Shown one piece after another: positions 8,424 to 18,181 of a stretch of 48,013 bases of DNA. The stretch is from the IMG/VR virus record IMGVR_UViG_3300044477_000015, positions 1-48,013 of that record, one strand, 5' to 3'. The position numbers and the translations under genes were made by a program. Numbering within the stretch: the stretch's first letter is position 1; every line of letters begins with the position of its first letter. Under the pieces are notes generated by a model. That model saw only the letters and a list, made by a program, of their open reading frames with translations, made no database searches and had not been told where the DNA came from. The stretch comes from a virus. Lineage: Duplodnaviria > Caudoviricetes.

Positions 8424-10955
8424 TTATTTTTTAGTTAATAAGTTTGCAAATTCATTCACAAAGTCAATTTTCACCTCGTCTGTATTACCTGTAATTGCAT
8501 CAGCAATATCTCTTTTTGTTTGAATAATGTTGTAAATATGCTGGTCAATGGTATCACGTCCGAGAAAATATATAATAGTTACCGGTTTTGTTTGGCCTAT
8601 TCGGTTAAACCTATCCTCTGCCTGATCACATGCCGAGGCCGTCCATGGCTGCTCAATAAAACAAGCGGTTGAGGCTGCGTGTTGTAATCCATCTACCCCG
8701 GTACCGGCTGCCATAATACTTAAAATAGCGGTCGTACATTTGGGATCTTCTTTGAACTTACGAATCATATTTTGACGTTCTTTCAAATCAATATCCCCGG
8801 TAATAACCGCGCTGTTCTTGTAACGTTTAAGTAGTTCGTAACCAATTTCCTTCAGGTGTACGAATATTCCCAGCTTTTCACCATCTTCAATAACATCATC
8901 AATGTATTCAACTACATCAGCCATTTTACCACGGGCCGAGATGTTTTTAAGAATACCGATTTTTACCATTACCTCACCACGTAGCGCGCTTTGAATTTTT
9001 TCATCCGTGGCATCTTTATACTGCGTTAGGTAATTTATGAGGTCATTTTGAGCGGCTTCATACTCTTTACGGTTAGTAATATCACAAAGTACAACCTGCC
9101 TGCTCTTTGGTGGTAATTCCTTGGCAACTTCCTGTTTACTACGACGGTAAAAGCAGTATTTATTTAGGACGTAGTTGAGTTTCTTGAGATTGGAGGCTTC
9201 GCGTTCGCCACTGCAAAACTCCTGAGTAAACTTTCTATATTCACCAAAATAATTCATTACTCCCATTGTGGTAAGTTGTTGAATTAAATCCTTTGGTTTA
9301 TTAACTACTGGGGTACCTGTTAACAGTAATATCCATTTTTTTGCACGGGCAATACCTTGTGTAAGCTTACTCTGAATAGTACCGCTGTCCTTGATTCTAT
9401 GACTTTCGTCTACTACAATAGAATTAAACAACAGTATTTGTTTTTTAAACTTAATATAATCTAGCCTTAAAGGCAATTTTTTACCAGTTACTTTATCGTA
9501 ATGTACTTCGATTTCTTCTACAAAATACTTTTTCAGGCTTTCGTAATTAACGATAAACACCTTACACATATTAGCCTCATAGTATAACCACCAATTACGC
9601 TTAACTGAATCGTTCAATATCATAGTTATATTTCTACCTGTCCACTTTTGCCACTGGTCCTGCCAGTTATATTTTACTGATGATGGGCAAATAACAAGAC
9701 ATGGATAAACAGGATTTTCGCCGGTACGTTGGTAAAGAATGTCACCACCGACAATAGAGGCTATGGCTTGTAATGTTTTACCACAATTATGAACCACAAT
9801 GCCATTGGCAACAAAGTTTCTATACGGATCATCCATGACAATATCATAAACCTTTTTAAGTCCACAGTAAACAATTTCAGTTATTTCATCCTCCTTTGGA
9901 GTTATGTATAATCCAAAATTTCTATGTCTTTTATGTTCTATGTTATGTTCGCTTACGGTAATCAGTTCCAGATTTTCAATTCTGTTATCCGATTTATTTC
10001 TATTTTTATGATGAACATCCATATTTTTAGGAACAACATAACCCAAATGTTTTTCCATCACGATCAAATGTTCGTATACAAGCCCACCAGACCATGATCT
10101 TGGATGATTTTGATAACCTGATAACCTTACATATCCATCTTTATCTATAAAGCTACCGGTTTTATATCTTCCATTGACACGTTTAGACGAATACATACAC
10201 TTTTTGCAAATACCTAAAAACTTTGAGTACTTATAAGTAATTACACCCTCTGATGAGCCACATTCTTTGCATTTTAAAACACCATTAATTATGATATAAT
10301 CCCCGATCTTTAGTTTATCTGCTCGGATATATCCATTATGAGGTGTTAGTACTTCATGATCAAACGTAAGAGTTAGGCTTTTACCTGATTTTGTAGTTAT
10401 TGTGAGACAACTATGATAACCTTTATCAATAATATTATTCATTTTGTGTAAGCCAAATTCGCCATCTTTTAGGCACCTTACTTTAAATGATTCCTTTATT
10501 GATGATTTTGTATACTTTTCATATAACTTTTCGAGAGTTAATTTCTTAGATGCCCCTTTGATATTAAAGTTTATAATTGCATCGCCTGAAATGCAGCCCA
10601 TGTCGTCGCCTATAATTACCCGCTTATGCAATAAATTATAAGCAACTCCCTCTTTTTGATACTCCCTCATGGTTCCATTTAAAGGAATATCAAAATCTAG
10701 TTTTGGCATTGGAGGTATTGTATAGTCCTCATTAACCACCTTATTTGTAACCGATGAAAACGTGAACCCATAACGATGTGCGAATACTTCCATTTTGCGG
10801 CGTTCGCTTATAAGTACTCTCCAGGTTTTACTATCAGGATTAAAACGATAATGCTTTTCTTGACCTTCTACAAATGTTTTTTTAATAGCCTCAACAATAG
10901 AAGGCCTGTAAGGAAAAATGAGTTCAAAATAATGAGGCGTAGTACGAATTTCCAT
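8424..10955 (-). CDS. SNF2/HARP-like DEAD-box helicase interrupted by an intein
   Basis: DDMG|CGKT Walker A split by intein; VDESH, LTGTP, QAEDRFNRIGQ. Confidence 0.9.
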   Translation of the reverse strand: MEIRTTPHYFELIFPYRPSIVEAIKKTFVEGQEKHYRFNPDSKTWRVLISERRKMEVFAHRYGFTFSSVTNKVVNEDYTIPPMPKLDFDIPLNGTMREYQKEGVAYNLLHKRVIIGDDMGCISGDAIINFNIKGASKKLTLEKLYEKYTKSSIKESFKVRCLKDGEFGLHKMNNIIDKGYHSCLTITTKSGKSLTLTFDHEVLTPHNGYIRADKLKIGDYIIINGVLKCKECGSSEGVITYKYSKFLGICKKCMYSSKRVNGRYKTGSFIDKDGYVRLSGYQNHPRSWSGGLVYEHLIVMEKHLGYVVPKNMDVHHKNRNKSDNRIENLELITVSEHNIEHKRHRNFGLYITPKEDEITEIVYCGLKKVYDIVMDDPYRNFVANGIVVHNCGKTLQAIASIVGGDILYQRTGENPVYPCLVICPSSVKYNWQDQWQKWTGRNITMILNDSVKRNWWLYYEANMCKVFIVNYESLKKYFVEEIEVHYDKVTGKKLPLRLDYIKFKKQILLFNSIVVDESHRIKDSGTIQSKLTQGIARAKKWILLLTGTPVVNKPKDLIQQLTTMGVMNYFGEYRKFTQEFCSGEREASNLKKLNYVLNKYCFYRRSKQEVAKELPPKSRQVVLCDITNRKEYEAAQNDLINYLTQYKDATDEKIQSALRGEVMVKIGILKNISARGKMADVVEYIDDVIEDGEKLGIFVHLKEIGYELLKRYKNSAVITGDIDLKERQNMIRKFKEDPKCTTAILSIMAAGTGVDGLQHAASTACFIEQPWTASACDQAEDRFNRIGQTKPVTIIYFLGRDTIDQHIYNIIQTKRDIADAITGNTDEVKIDFVNEFANLLTKK
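9786..10595 (-). mobile_element. Intein (270 aa) with HNH homing endonuclease
   Basis: Starts CISGD, block B LTFDHEV, ends FVANGIVVHN followed by Cys+1; HNH motif VHHKNRNKSDNRIENL. Confidence 0.9.
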
Positions 10956-11034
10956 AGTTTAAGTAAGTTTTAAAAGTGTCCCGCGCCGGTATGGTGGCCG
11001 GAAATTCGCGGAACTTGATTATCAAAAATATTTG

Positions 11035-11097
11035 TGGATGAAGCCGGATTCGAACCAGCGACCTCTTATGCGCTCTAGCCAACTGAGCTATTCACCC
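11035..11097 (-). tRNA. tRNA-like element lacking the anticodon stem (Met-like remnant CATAA)
   Basis: Acceptor GGGTGAA/TTCATCC, D arm GCTC-AGTTGGCTA-GAGC, T arm GCTGG-TTCGAAT-CCGGC; only CATAAG where a 17-nt anticodon arm belongs. Confidence 0.7.
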
Positions 11098-11163
11098 GTG
11101 TAACTCGCATCCTTCACAGGTAACAAGTTTTATATATGATTTTAGGATTGGAAACTATTTAAG

Positions 11164-11250
11164 AGTAGGTAATGGGATTCGAACCCATGGGAGCAACGGA
11201 TTATAAAATCCGCGCTCTCTTTCAACATTAGTCCACTCTGTCATACCTAC
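11164..11250 (-). tRNA. Aberrant class II (Ser/Leu-like) tRNA-like element
   Basis: Acceptor GTAGGTA/TACCTAC, D arm ACA-GAGTGGACTAA-TGT, T arm ATGGG-TTCGAAT-CCCAT; middle is unpaired TGAAAG plus one long hairpin, no canonical 5-7-5 anticodon arm. Confidence 0.65.
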
Positions 11251-11298
11251 TTAAAATTAACCGGCGGCTTTCACAAGTGACCGGCTAAACAGCCTCAA

Positions 11299-11979
11299 TT
11301 AAAATGATTCTGCGGTTGCAGCACTTTGGGTCATCATAATGACCTTATCTTTTTTACCATTTTTTCTGGTACCTGTAATCTTAACCGTATCAGCGCCTAA
11401 ATCATTTAGGATATTTTCGCCAATTTGAGAAAGTACACCAGCGGCAACATCGCTTGCTTCTTTGTCAATAGCGAACTCATCTTTTTCCTCTGGAAATGGC
11501 AATTCCTGTTGTTTGATAGCATATTTACCGTTAAATAGGTATTCAGATGCTTCAAAACGAATGGCTTCAATGATTTCACCGAGAAGCTCAGCGTGCTTGT
11601 AATCCTGTGAAAGCTCTACCATAGGACTATCCAATTTAAGCAGATTATCACCAATACGACGGGTACCTGAAATTACTACACCTTCGGACTCAGTTGAACC
11701 GCTAATACTTACGGCGCTTACTTCGTAGTTTTCCAAGCAATCATTGTCTACGTCGTTCATATTTTCCAGTAAATCGCGTTCCCGTTGGTCGCAAATGTCA
11801 GCCAAAAACGGTTTAAGGCGTTCGATCTGCGTTTCCATATCAGCATGGTAAAGCTGATCACATTTCATTACTACGTCCCGGAATGTACCGTCATCTACGG
11901 ATTCGGTTAGTTGTACCTGTAGCGTTCTGCCCTTGGCAATTGCTACTTTTTTAATTGTTTTCTTTAAAATAGTTGGCAT
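11299..11979 (-). CDS. Hypothetical acidic phage protein
   Basis: 226-aa ORF in the early operon. Confidence 0.6.
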   Translation of the reverse strand: MPTILKKTIKKVAIAKGRTLQVQLTESVDDGTFRDVVMKCDQLYHADMETQIERLKPFLADICDQRERDLLENMNDVDNDCLENYEVSAVSISGSTESEGVVISGTRRIGDNLLKLDSPMVELSQDYKHAELLGEIIEAIRFEASEYLFNGKYAIKQQELPFPEEKDEFAIDKEASDVAAGVLSQIGENILNDLGADTVKITGTRKNGKKDKVIMMTQSAATAESF

Positions 11980-11982
11980 ACT

Positions 11983-12192
11983 TTACTTTTTATGGTTTGG
12001 TTTACGTCGCCAAAATCTCAGGTTTAACCCTTTGTTTGTTATTTGGCGTATAGCTTTTAGTTCATCGAGCGATTTCTCGAATTCGATTGTTAGGGGTTCG
12101 CCGTACCTGTTGAGTGTCTCAATGTGCACCTTCGTTACGGTCAGGCCCTTTGGCAGTTCTTCAATTCTTTTAATCAGTTTGTCCACGTTCAT
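11983..12192 (-). CDS. Hypothetical protein
   Basis: Tightly packed ORF. Confidence 0.5.
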   Translation of the reverse strand: MNVDKLIKRIEELPKGLTVTKVHIETLNRYGEPLTIEFEKSLDELKAIRQITNKGLNLRFWRRKPNHKK

Positions 12193-12210
12193 TTGGTATT
12201 TGTAAGGCGG

Positions 12211-12531
12211 TTATTTTTTACAAGGTTCAGGGTAAGGCATCCAGGCAATTACGCGTTCATGGAAATCTTTAGTAAGTCCCTGAAATCTTTTTTGTTCTAC
12301 GTTGTAAATCGATTCGCATACACGCGGGAAACTCCCACTGGTTCGAATAGTAACGATAACAGGAATATAATGCATTTTACCTGTTGGGCGTTTTTGCGGA
12401 AGTATCCAACTGTCGTTTACATTCCGATACATTACGACCTGCTTTTGTTTGGAAAGCTTACCTAGCTTGTTCATTGCAAGTATTAGCAGCGCAAGCAGGG
12501 TGCCAATAATACAGATTAAAATTGTGTTCAT
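12211..12531 (-). CDS. Membrane-anchored DUF551-like protein
   Basis: N-terminal TM helix; C-terminal VIAWMPYPEP. Confidence 0.55.
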   Translation of the reverse strand: MNTILICIIGTLLALLILAMNKLGKLSKQKQVVMYRNVNDSWILPQKRPTGKMHYIPVIVTIRTSGSFPRVCESIYNVEQKRFQGLTKDFHERVIAWMPYPEPCKK

Positions 12532-12547
12532 AAATATGGATTTTTGG

Positions 12548-12940
12548 TTAATATCTCGGTGTTAAATTCATTTCAGCCTTTGCCTTACTTATCAGTGTTA
12601 CCATAAAACTAAGCTGATGCGTTGCCGTTCGGTTCAGGCGTTCTATCCAATTTACAAGGTAATTCTCTTTTGCACACATGCTTTTGATAAGGTCTTTTCG
12701 CACGCTGGGAGGCATATTTTTGTAAAGTTGAGAACAAAGAAGCGTGTTTTCGTTCATAGCACAATCTTGATAATATTTAGCATCTGCCAGCATTTTACCT
12801 GAGCGTGAAATATAAACGGAAAGCTCGTTACCACGGGCGGCACACTCGTTAATATCTTCACTACATGTGACGTTTAGAAAAGCATCTATTTGTGAAGCCT
12901 CTATTTCAAGGTCTTCGAGGGTTATTGTTGGTAGGTTCAT
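12548..12940 (-). CDS. Hypothetical helical protein of the recombination module
   Basis: ORF from MNLPT, coupled to the exonuclease stop codon. Confidence 0.55.
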   Translation of the reverse strand: MNLPTITLEDLEIEASQIDAFLNVTCSEDINECAARGNELSVYISRSGKMLADAKYYQDCAMNENTLLCSQLYKNMPPSVRKDLIKSMCAKENYLVNWIERLNRTATHQLSFMVTLISKAKAEMNLTPRY

Positions 12941-13587
12941 CAAAAGTTTTCGTATAAATAAAACCATTGAAAGGCCAGTTCTTTGAGTTCCTGCATACCA
13001 TCGTTAAATATCTTATCGCCGTAGACGATTGGAACTTTAAAAACTTGAAAATTCTTCTTTGAAACGCCAATAATAATATCCTTTTTGGCACCACTTAGAA
13101 GCATATAAAGAGCGCGCGAGCGTGGGTAACTAAAGTGATAACAGGCTTCGACAAACTGTTTCTGCGATGTACAGGCTGTACTTTTTAAATCTCCGCCCCA
13201 CTCCATAGCATTCATAAAGAAATCGTATTTACAGCGCATTCTTAAGGAGAACGTAAAAGAATTGTACTCAAATGTCAGTTGCTCCCTAAAAATACGCTGG
13301 TAAGAACAAAGCGGCTTAATTTGCCCCCAAAACTTATCTTTTGACAAACCTTTTTTCATTTGCTCGGCAATTTTCCAAGTTTCAGGATCAAAAGGTTCAG
13401 GATACCCCTCAATAGTTCGCTTAAAGTAGTTAACCTTGTGAGGCTCTGTAACCGAATAATCAAAGAGGTTACCCATCCGAAACGCGATTTCAGGATCTCC
13501 AAATTGCTTTGTTGGGTTAAAATACTGGTCCAACTCAGTAAGGTCGCTGTTAGAAACTTCAGGCGAGGCAAAGTAAGTGTCAATCAT
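12940..13587 (-). CDS. RecE/exonuclease VIII-like PD-(D/E)xK nuclease
   Basis: VSNSDL, FRMGNLFD, RCKYDF...GDLKST, Y..RALY; near RecT. Confidence 0.75.
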   Translation of the reverse strand: MIDTYFASPEVSNSDLTELDQYFNPTKQFGDPEIAFRMGNLFDYSVTEPHKVNYFKRTIEGYPEPFDPETWKIAEQMKKGLSKDKFWGQIKPLCSYQRIFREQLTFEYNSFTFSLRMRCKYDFFMNAMEWGGDLKSTACTSQKQFVEACYHFSYPRSRALYMLLSGAKKDIIIGVSKKNFQVFKVPIVYGDKIFNDGMQELKELAFQWFYLYENF

Positions 13588-14931
13588 TTACTTTTTATTT
13601 ACCGCCTTATAAACATCTTTGTATTCAAGCGCTACACTCTGTATCTTTTCAGATGTCTTTAGATAGTGCTTTTCGCAGAAAGCCCGCATTTGTTCAAGCT
13701 TCATCTTTGCCAAATCGTCAGGGAGTTTCTTTAACCCCTCTTTTTCAAAGTAGAATGCTACGATTTGTAACCAGCCATTAGCGTTTTTAACAACGATTTC
13801 ACAACCTTCTTTTACATTATCCTGAGTAACGGCACCGGTCTGCATTTCGAAAAGCATATTGGTTTGCGCTACCTGTTGAACGGTTTCGGCCTGTTGTGAG
13901 GCTTCAGCTTTCTTTAACTCAGTTTCGTTTGCAACTTTAGCGGCTTCCTCAGCTTTACGTTTTTCTGATTCAGCTTCAAGTCGTTTACGTTCGGTCTCAG
14001 CTTCATTAGCTATCCGTTGTTTTTCGGCTGCCTCAGCTTCTAACTTTTGTTTTTCGGCGGCGCTTGCGGCATCTGCTTTGCGTTTAGCCTCAGCGGCTTC
14101 TTCGTCCGCTTTGCGTTTAGCTTCCGCAGCTGCTGCGATTTCCACTAATTCAGCTTTCTTACTTGGTAGCTTCTCAATGTGAATATCGCGAATGGCAATC
14201 ATAGTTTCCTTAAGTTCCTCGCAAAACTCATCGAATTTACCAGCTTTTACGTTTGTAAGAATGTTTTGCACTTCGGTTGCGTCAATATACATAACGCTTA
14301 CTTTTGGCTTAAATGCCTCAAAGTGTCCGAAAGGGTAAACCGGTTTATAGTTGATTAGTTTCTCACTTTCGAAGTCAAAGGCTTCTAGTTGTAAGCTTTC
14401 AAAATGAAATATCATTGCATTTTGTTCGGCTTCTACAAAGTCGAGAAAATACTTCTTTAACTGCAATTCGATTTCACTTTTTACGCGGATTCTTTCGGCT
14501 TCAATATTCCTATTGCGTAGCTGTTCGTTGGCTATCCGTTGGTTTTCGGCGGCCTGATCGGCTGCCCACTTATTACGAACAGCCTGAATTTTACCCGGGA
14601 AAGTATCGCCTTTAGGGTCAATTCGAGCCTCTAAGCTGGTAAACATTTTCTTAAAGTCATCGAATAGGCCTGTAATAGGTGTTCGACGGTCTTTAATTAC
14701 TTTCACAGTTTCATTAATACGCGTAAGATAACTGTTTAGCTTTGCGTCAAGTGCTTTACGAGCTTCAAAGTTGGGCTTTCCGGCCTCAGTTGCAAGCAGC
14801 GTATTTACCTCTGTAAGTAAATTGTTACCAACAGTTTCGGCCTTGCTCACACTTTCCTGGTTGGCTGCCAAAGCGGCGGGGGCTGTACTTATAAGCCCTT
14901 TAAATACTTCTACATTTACTCCGGTTTCCAT
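13588..14931 (-). CDS. Coiled-coil hypothetical protein
   Basis: 447 aa, A/E/K-rich repeats (AEAKRKAD twice). Confidence 0.6.
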   Translation of the reverse strand: METGVNVEVFKGLISTAPAALAANQESVSKAETVGNNLLTEVNTLLATEAGKPNFEARKALDAKLNSYLTRINETVKVIKDRRTPITGLFDDFKKMFTSLEARIDPKGDTFPGKIQAVRNKWAADQAAENQRIANEQLRNRNIEAERIRVKSEIELQLKKYFLDFVEAEQNAMIFHFESLQLEAFDFESEKLINYKPVYPFGHFEAFKPKVSVMYIDATEVQNILTNVKAGKFDEFCEELKETMIAIRDIHIEKLPSKKAELVEIAAAAEAKRKADEEAAEAKRKADAASAAEKQKLEAEAAEKQRIANEAETERKRLEAESEKRKAEEAAKVANETELKKAEASQQAETVQQVAQTNMLFEMQTGAVTQDNVKEGCEIVVKNANGWLQIVAFYFEKEGLKKLPDDLAKMKLEQMRAFCEKHYLKTSEKIQSVALEYKDVYKAVNKK

Positions 14932-15881
14932 TAGAACGCCCCTCCATCCTCTTCGAAAGTAACTGTACCTTGTTGTGGAGCCGGCGCGCTGTCAAATGAA
15001 CCGTTTCCGGGTTCGTTGGTAACATCCTGAGCTGTGGTTTCGATAGTCTGTTCCTGAATTCCATAATCAATTACAGCCTCAGGCTCTTCATGAGATTCAA
15101 GCACCGTAAATTGTCCCATTTTAACAGCTGGGTAAGAATCGAAGGCATGGCGAACTATTTTAGCCTCAAAGAAACCGGGGTCGATTTGTCCGTTGTAAGA
15201 AGTGTACAGTTTGTTTGATTTGTCATCTGTATCAGTTCCACGGTTGTTTTTGTTCGAATATTCCCGTAATCTTTCGGTTTCTGAAACATCCATCCAAGTA
15301 CATTCAAACGTACCATCATGGCGCTCTATTCGCATGTAACCACCCAATATACGGGCATTTGGTTTACGAGGGATAAGGCGTTCATGTTCTTTAACAATAT
15401 GCTTACCCTGTGGGTTTAGCCCTACTCTGATAGTGTCACCTTCGTAAACAATTTGAGGATTATCAGCATTTTTAATCTGGCCGGTGCGTTTACGGTAAAG
15501 AATTTCTCCAAGTGGGCTAACCTTAATGTACGCACGTTTTTCCCATGTATCCTGACCATTTTGGCCTTTAACCCTAAAGTTTCGGGTCATAAGATAACAT
15601 AAAGGGCGTGAGGTAGTATCAAGGCTTAACCCGTTTACGGAAATATCAAGAAATGCACCATATAGGCTAAGCTTCGTACATTCCTGTAAAATGGAATTTT
15701 CCTGCAACATTTTTTCATAGTTAAACCGCTCCTTTTGATAAATAGCTTCGCCGTTGGTGCCGTGAATTGTTTTATACAATTCGACAAATTTTTTACTTAC
15801 CCTGCTATCCGAGGCTATCTCAATAGCTTTTAACGATTCCAAGTGTTTGGAAACTGCAATGTTTGCTTTTTCTTCAGACAT
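14931..15881 (-). CDS. recT: RecT-family single-strand annealing recombinase
   Basis: LQECTKLSLYGAFLDISVNGLSL, QIVYEGD, acidic C-terminal tail. Confidence 0.75.
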   Translation of the reverse strand: MSEEKANIAVSKHLESLKAIEIASDSRVSKKFVELYKTIHGTNGEAIYQKERFNYEKMLQENSILQECTKLSLYGAFLDISVNGLSLDTTSRPLCYLMTRNFRVKGQNGQDTWEKRAYIKVSPLGEILYRKRTGQIKNADNPQIVYEGDTIRVGLNPQGKHIVKEHERLIPRKPNARILGGYMRIERHDGTFECTWMDVSETERLREYSNKNNRGTDTDDKSNKLYTSYNGQIDPGFFEAKIVRHAFDSYPAVKMGQFTVLESHEEPEAVIDYGIQEQTIETTAQDVTNEPGNGSFDSAPAPQQGTVTFEEDGGAF

Positions 15882-15885
15882 AAAT

Positions 15886-16155
15886 TCAATTTTTATAGTT
15901 AATAAATACAGTAAGTTTTTTACGAAATGACCCGCGCTTGTAATCTTTTATAACTATCGTGTCCATTGGATGGCAGCAAACGCTATCTAAGTCAAATTCT
16001 CGGCCTTGAGTAATTGTGAGATTAGCAAAACGATGAACTACTTTACCGTTAGTAGCTGGGAATACCTCATAACATATATAAGGTTTTTGAGTAGTATACT
16101 TACCAGCCGAACAACTTACGGCGAGTAGTATCATTAATAAAAGTAAGTATTTCAT
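15886..16155 (-). CDS. Putative lipoprotein
   Basis: MKYLLLLMILLAVS-C lipobox. Confidence 0.6.
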   Translation of the reverse strand: MKYLLLLMILLAVSCSAGKYTTQKPYICYEVFPATNGKVVHRFANLTITQGREFDLDSVCCHPMDTIVIKDYKRGSFRKKLTVFINYKN

Positions 16156-16157
16156 GG

Positions 16158-16307
16158 CTATTTGCTATTTTCTTTGACAATTTCAGGCCTTAGTAGCTTA
16201 TCTTCACCGTATTTATCAACGATTTCCTGTTTGATAAAATACCTTACCTGTACTTTTCTTTTGCCCGGTGCCTTTGGCTTTGGGCCACGCTTTTTAATCT
16301 CTTCCAT
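16158..16307 (-). CDS. Small basic putative DNA-binding protein (49 aa)
   Basis: Manual translation MEEIKKRGPKPKAPGKRKVQVRYFIKQEIVDKYG... Confidence 0.45.
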   Translation of the reverse strand: MEEIKKRGPKPKAPGKRKVQVRYFIKQEIVDKYGEDKLLRPEIVKENSK

Positions 16308-16503
16308 TTACTTGAATTGGGAATTCGACTTTGAAACACTGAACATGGTGACCGTCCTTTTTTTGACAGTCTTTTTGTTCTACAATTTGGTTATAAAACT
16401 TACACCTACCTTGAGGTGTTTTAGCTGTTGTGCTGGTTAATTTTACAAAATTTGTACAAAGCATATACTTGTTTTTAGTTATTTACTAAATATTAATTAG
16501 TTT

Positions 16504-16779
16504 TTATAAATATCCGAGTTTACGCGCTGTAATCTCACCAATATCAATCAAATTACCTGCGTCCTCTGATTCGTCTTCACCATCAAAATAAAATTTACCT
16601 ATTTCTTCGCCTAATTCATCCCATTTTTTGGCTTTGTCAGCTATTTCGCGATCAATCAACTCCCTTTTAATATAGTTTTGATCAATATAATTGGCGATAG
16701 CTTCCATTTGCGCTGAATGCTCCCAAATAGGATCAATTATTTTTTGAATGTCTTTACTGATTATATCAATTGTTTTCAT
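16504..16779 (-). CDS. Hypothetical protein
   Basis: ORF track. Confidence 0.55.
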   Translation of the reverse strand: MKTIDIISKDIQKIIDPIWEHSAQMEAIANYIDQNYIKRELIDREIADKAKKWDELGEEIGKFYFDGEDESEDAGNLIDIGEITARKLGYL

Positions 16780-17024
16780 AATATACCGATTTGAATTAAA
16801 TAGATCATGCTGGCAAAGAAGACCGTAAAGGCGACAATAAATATCACGGTGCCTAATCCTATAAGCTTGATACGATCTTTCGATTTTGAGCTTAATTTGA
16901 ACATAAGTCAGGTAATTGAATTATTCTATTATTGTAGTTAATATCCTGCACGTACTTTGTAGTAAATACTGTGCTTTGAGTGCTTTCGATTATACGCTCA
17001 ATCTTACAAGCGAATATAATCCGA

Positions 17025-17444
17025 TTAACTAATGATGGCTTCTTCGGTTCCATTTAGATGCAAGTTTGTACGTTCAATAGTTTTCTTAGTAGCATCAATA
17101 GTTTTTTGCATTTCTGTTAATGCCTTAGCCATTGGGCTTTGTTTCATTAACTCATCTGAAACAAAGTTAGCATTCATCATTGATACAAATAAAGTGTCGT
17201 TAATTTGTTTTACAGGCTTATGCTTTCGAACTGTTCGAATGGTCCAATCCGTAAGCCTATCTCCGTGCAACGCTTCTAACTTAATTACATGATCGTTTAA
17301 GTCTCCAAGGCTTGAAAAGTACCCACGAAAAACCCGTTTGCCGTTTATCCAACAATATAACTCAAGTTCAGTATTATAAGCCCAAATAATCCAGGAAACT
17401 AATAAGATAGTTCCAATTCCAAGTATTATATATAGTGTTATCAT
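17025..17444 (-). CDS. Hypothetical membrane-anchored protein
   Basis: N-terminal hydrophobic helix. Confidence 0.55.
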   Translation of the reverse strand: MITLYIILGIGTILLVSWIIWAYNTELELYCWINGKRVFRGYFSSLGDLNDHVIKLEALHGDRLTDWTIRTVRKHKPVKQINDTLFVSMMNANFVSDELMKQSPMAKALTEMQKTIDATKKTIERTNLHLNGTEEAIIS

Positions 17445-17557
17445 TTTGTGAGTTTTTTAAGGTTTGACAATACGATTTTGTTGGCTTCCATAGCCTTGTT
17501 TGCGATTTGCAGGCGGCAATAAATTGCGGCGTTGCGTTCGATTGAGTCTTTCATGGC

Positions 17558-17662
17558 TTACGATTTTAAACGTTTAATTACCTTTAAGATTACTACGATA
17601 ACCAGCATTACCAATATTAGGCAAAATGCGGTGTTTGAGAATAATAGTTTAACAATTTCCAT
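17558..17662 (-). CDS. Small single-TM protein (34 aa)
   Basis: MEIVKLLFSNTAFCLILVMLVIVVILKVIKRLKS; leader AAAAATTTAGC shared with the gene starting at 18023. Confidence 0.45.
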   Translation of the reverse strand: MEIVKLLFSNTAFCLILVMLVIVVILKVIKRLKS

Positions 17663-17691
17663 GTGCTAAATTTTTAAATTGTTTGCACCCG

Positions 17692-17721
17692 AAAACCCCG
17701 CTTCTTATTAAGAGAGCGGGG
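17692..17721 (-). terminator. GC-rich hairpin with short U tract (terminator/attenuator)
   Basis: CCCCGCT...AGCGGGG-TTTT after the first early gene. Confidence 0.5.
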
Positions 17722-17747
17722 CGGCCTGCTAAGAACTTAGCAGAAAC

Positions 17748-18023
17748 TTAGCGGGTTATTTCTTTAATATAAAAGTTTATTCTTGCTCCACCATTACCAG
17801 CTACAGTTGTAGTATAAACAGATACTTTTTTGCCTTTAAATGCTGATAAATTACCACGTTTATTTTCTGGAATGTCAACTATTTGTTCTGTAAACCGAGG
17901 ATTAACACCAAAAGGTGCATTTTGAATATCAACAACCATATGCTTGTAACCATTTGAAGTAAAAAGTTTATAAGCATCTTTTTTTTCGATTGTTTGTCCG
18001 AGCACTGTGATTAAGTTTTTCAT
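17748..18023 (-). CDS. First gene of the early operon, hypothetical
   Basis: Directly downstream of the duplicated promoter. Confidence 0.6.
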   Translation of the reverse strand: MKNLITVLGQTIEKKDAYKLFTSNGYKHMVVDIQNAPFGVNPRFTEQIVDIPENKRGNLSAFKGKKVSVYTTTVAGNGGARINFYIKEITR

Positions 18024-18120
18024 ATCGCTAAATTTTTGTTTGTTTGGTTACGTTTACGCATCAAAGGTAAAAATTGTTTCTAATTAAAGTGCATTTTTTT
18101 TGCATTTTATTTGCACTAAA
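18021..18120 (-). promoter_or_regulatory. Early promoter/leader copy 1
   Basis: TACCTTTG -7 box at 18062-18069; 33-bp and 17-bp blocks identical to 42054-42105 in inverted orientation; TGCA operator-like motifs. Confidence 0.75.
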
Positions 18121-18122
18121 AT

Positions 18123-18157
18123 AAAAAAAGGCTTGGAACTCACGTCCGAAGCCTTTT
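18123..18157 (-). terminator. Intrinsic terminator ending the late/lysis operon (possibly bidirectional)
   Basis: AAAAGGCTTCGGAC-GTGA-GTTCCAAGCC-TTTTTTT. Confidence 0.75.
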
Positions 18158-18181
18158 ACATACTTACTACATTACTAACTA

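Noticed and set aside
11190-11215. Ochre (TTA) suppressor tRNA or alternative genetic code
   Set aside because: The hairpin loop is 6 or 8 nt rather than 7 and is misplaced. Genes are full length in the standard code and use TAA, TAG and TGA stops.
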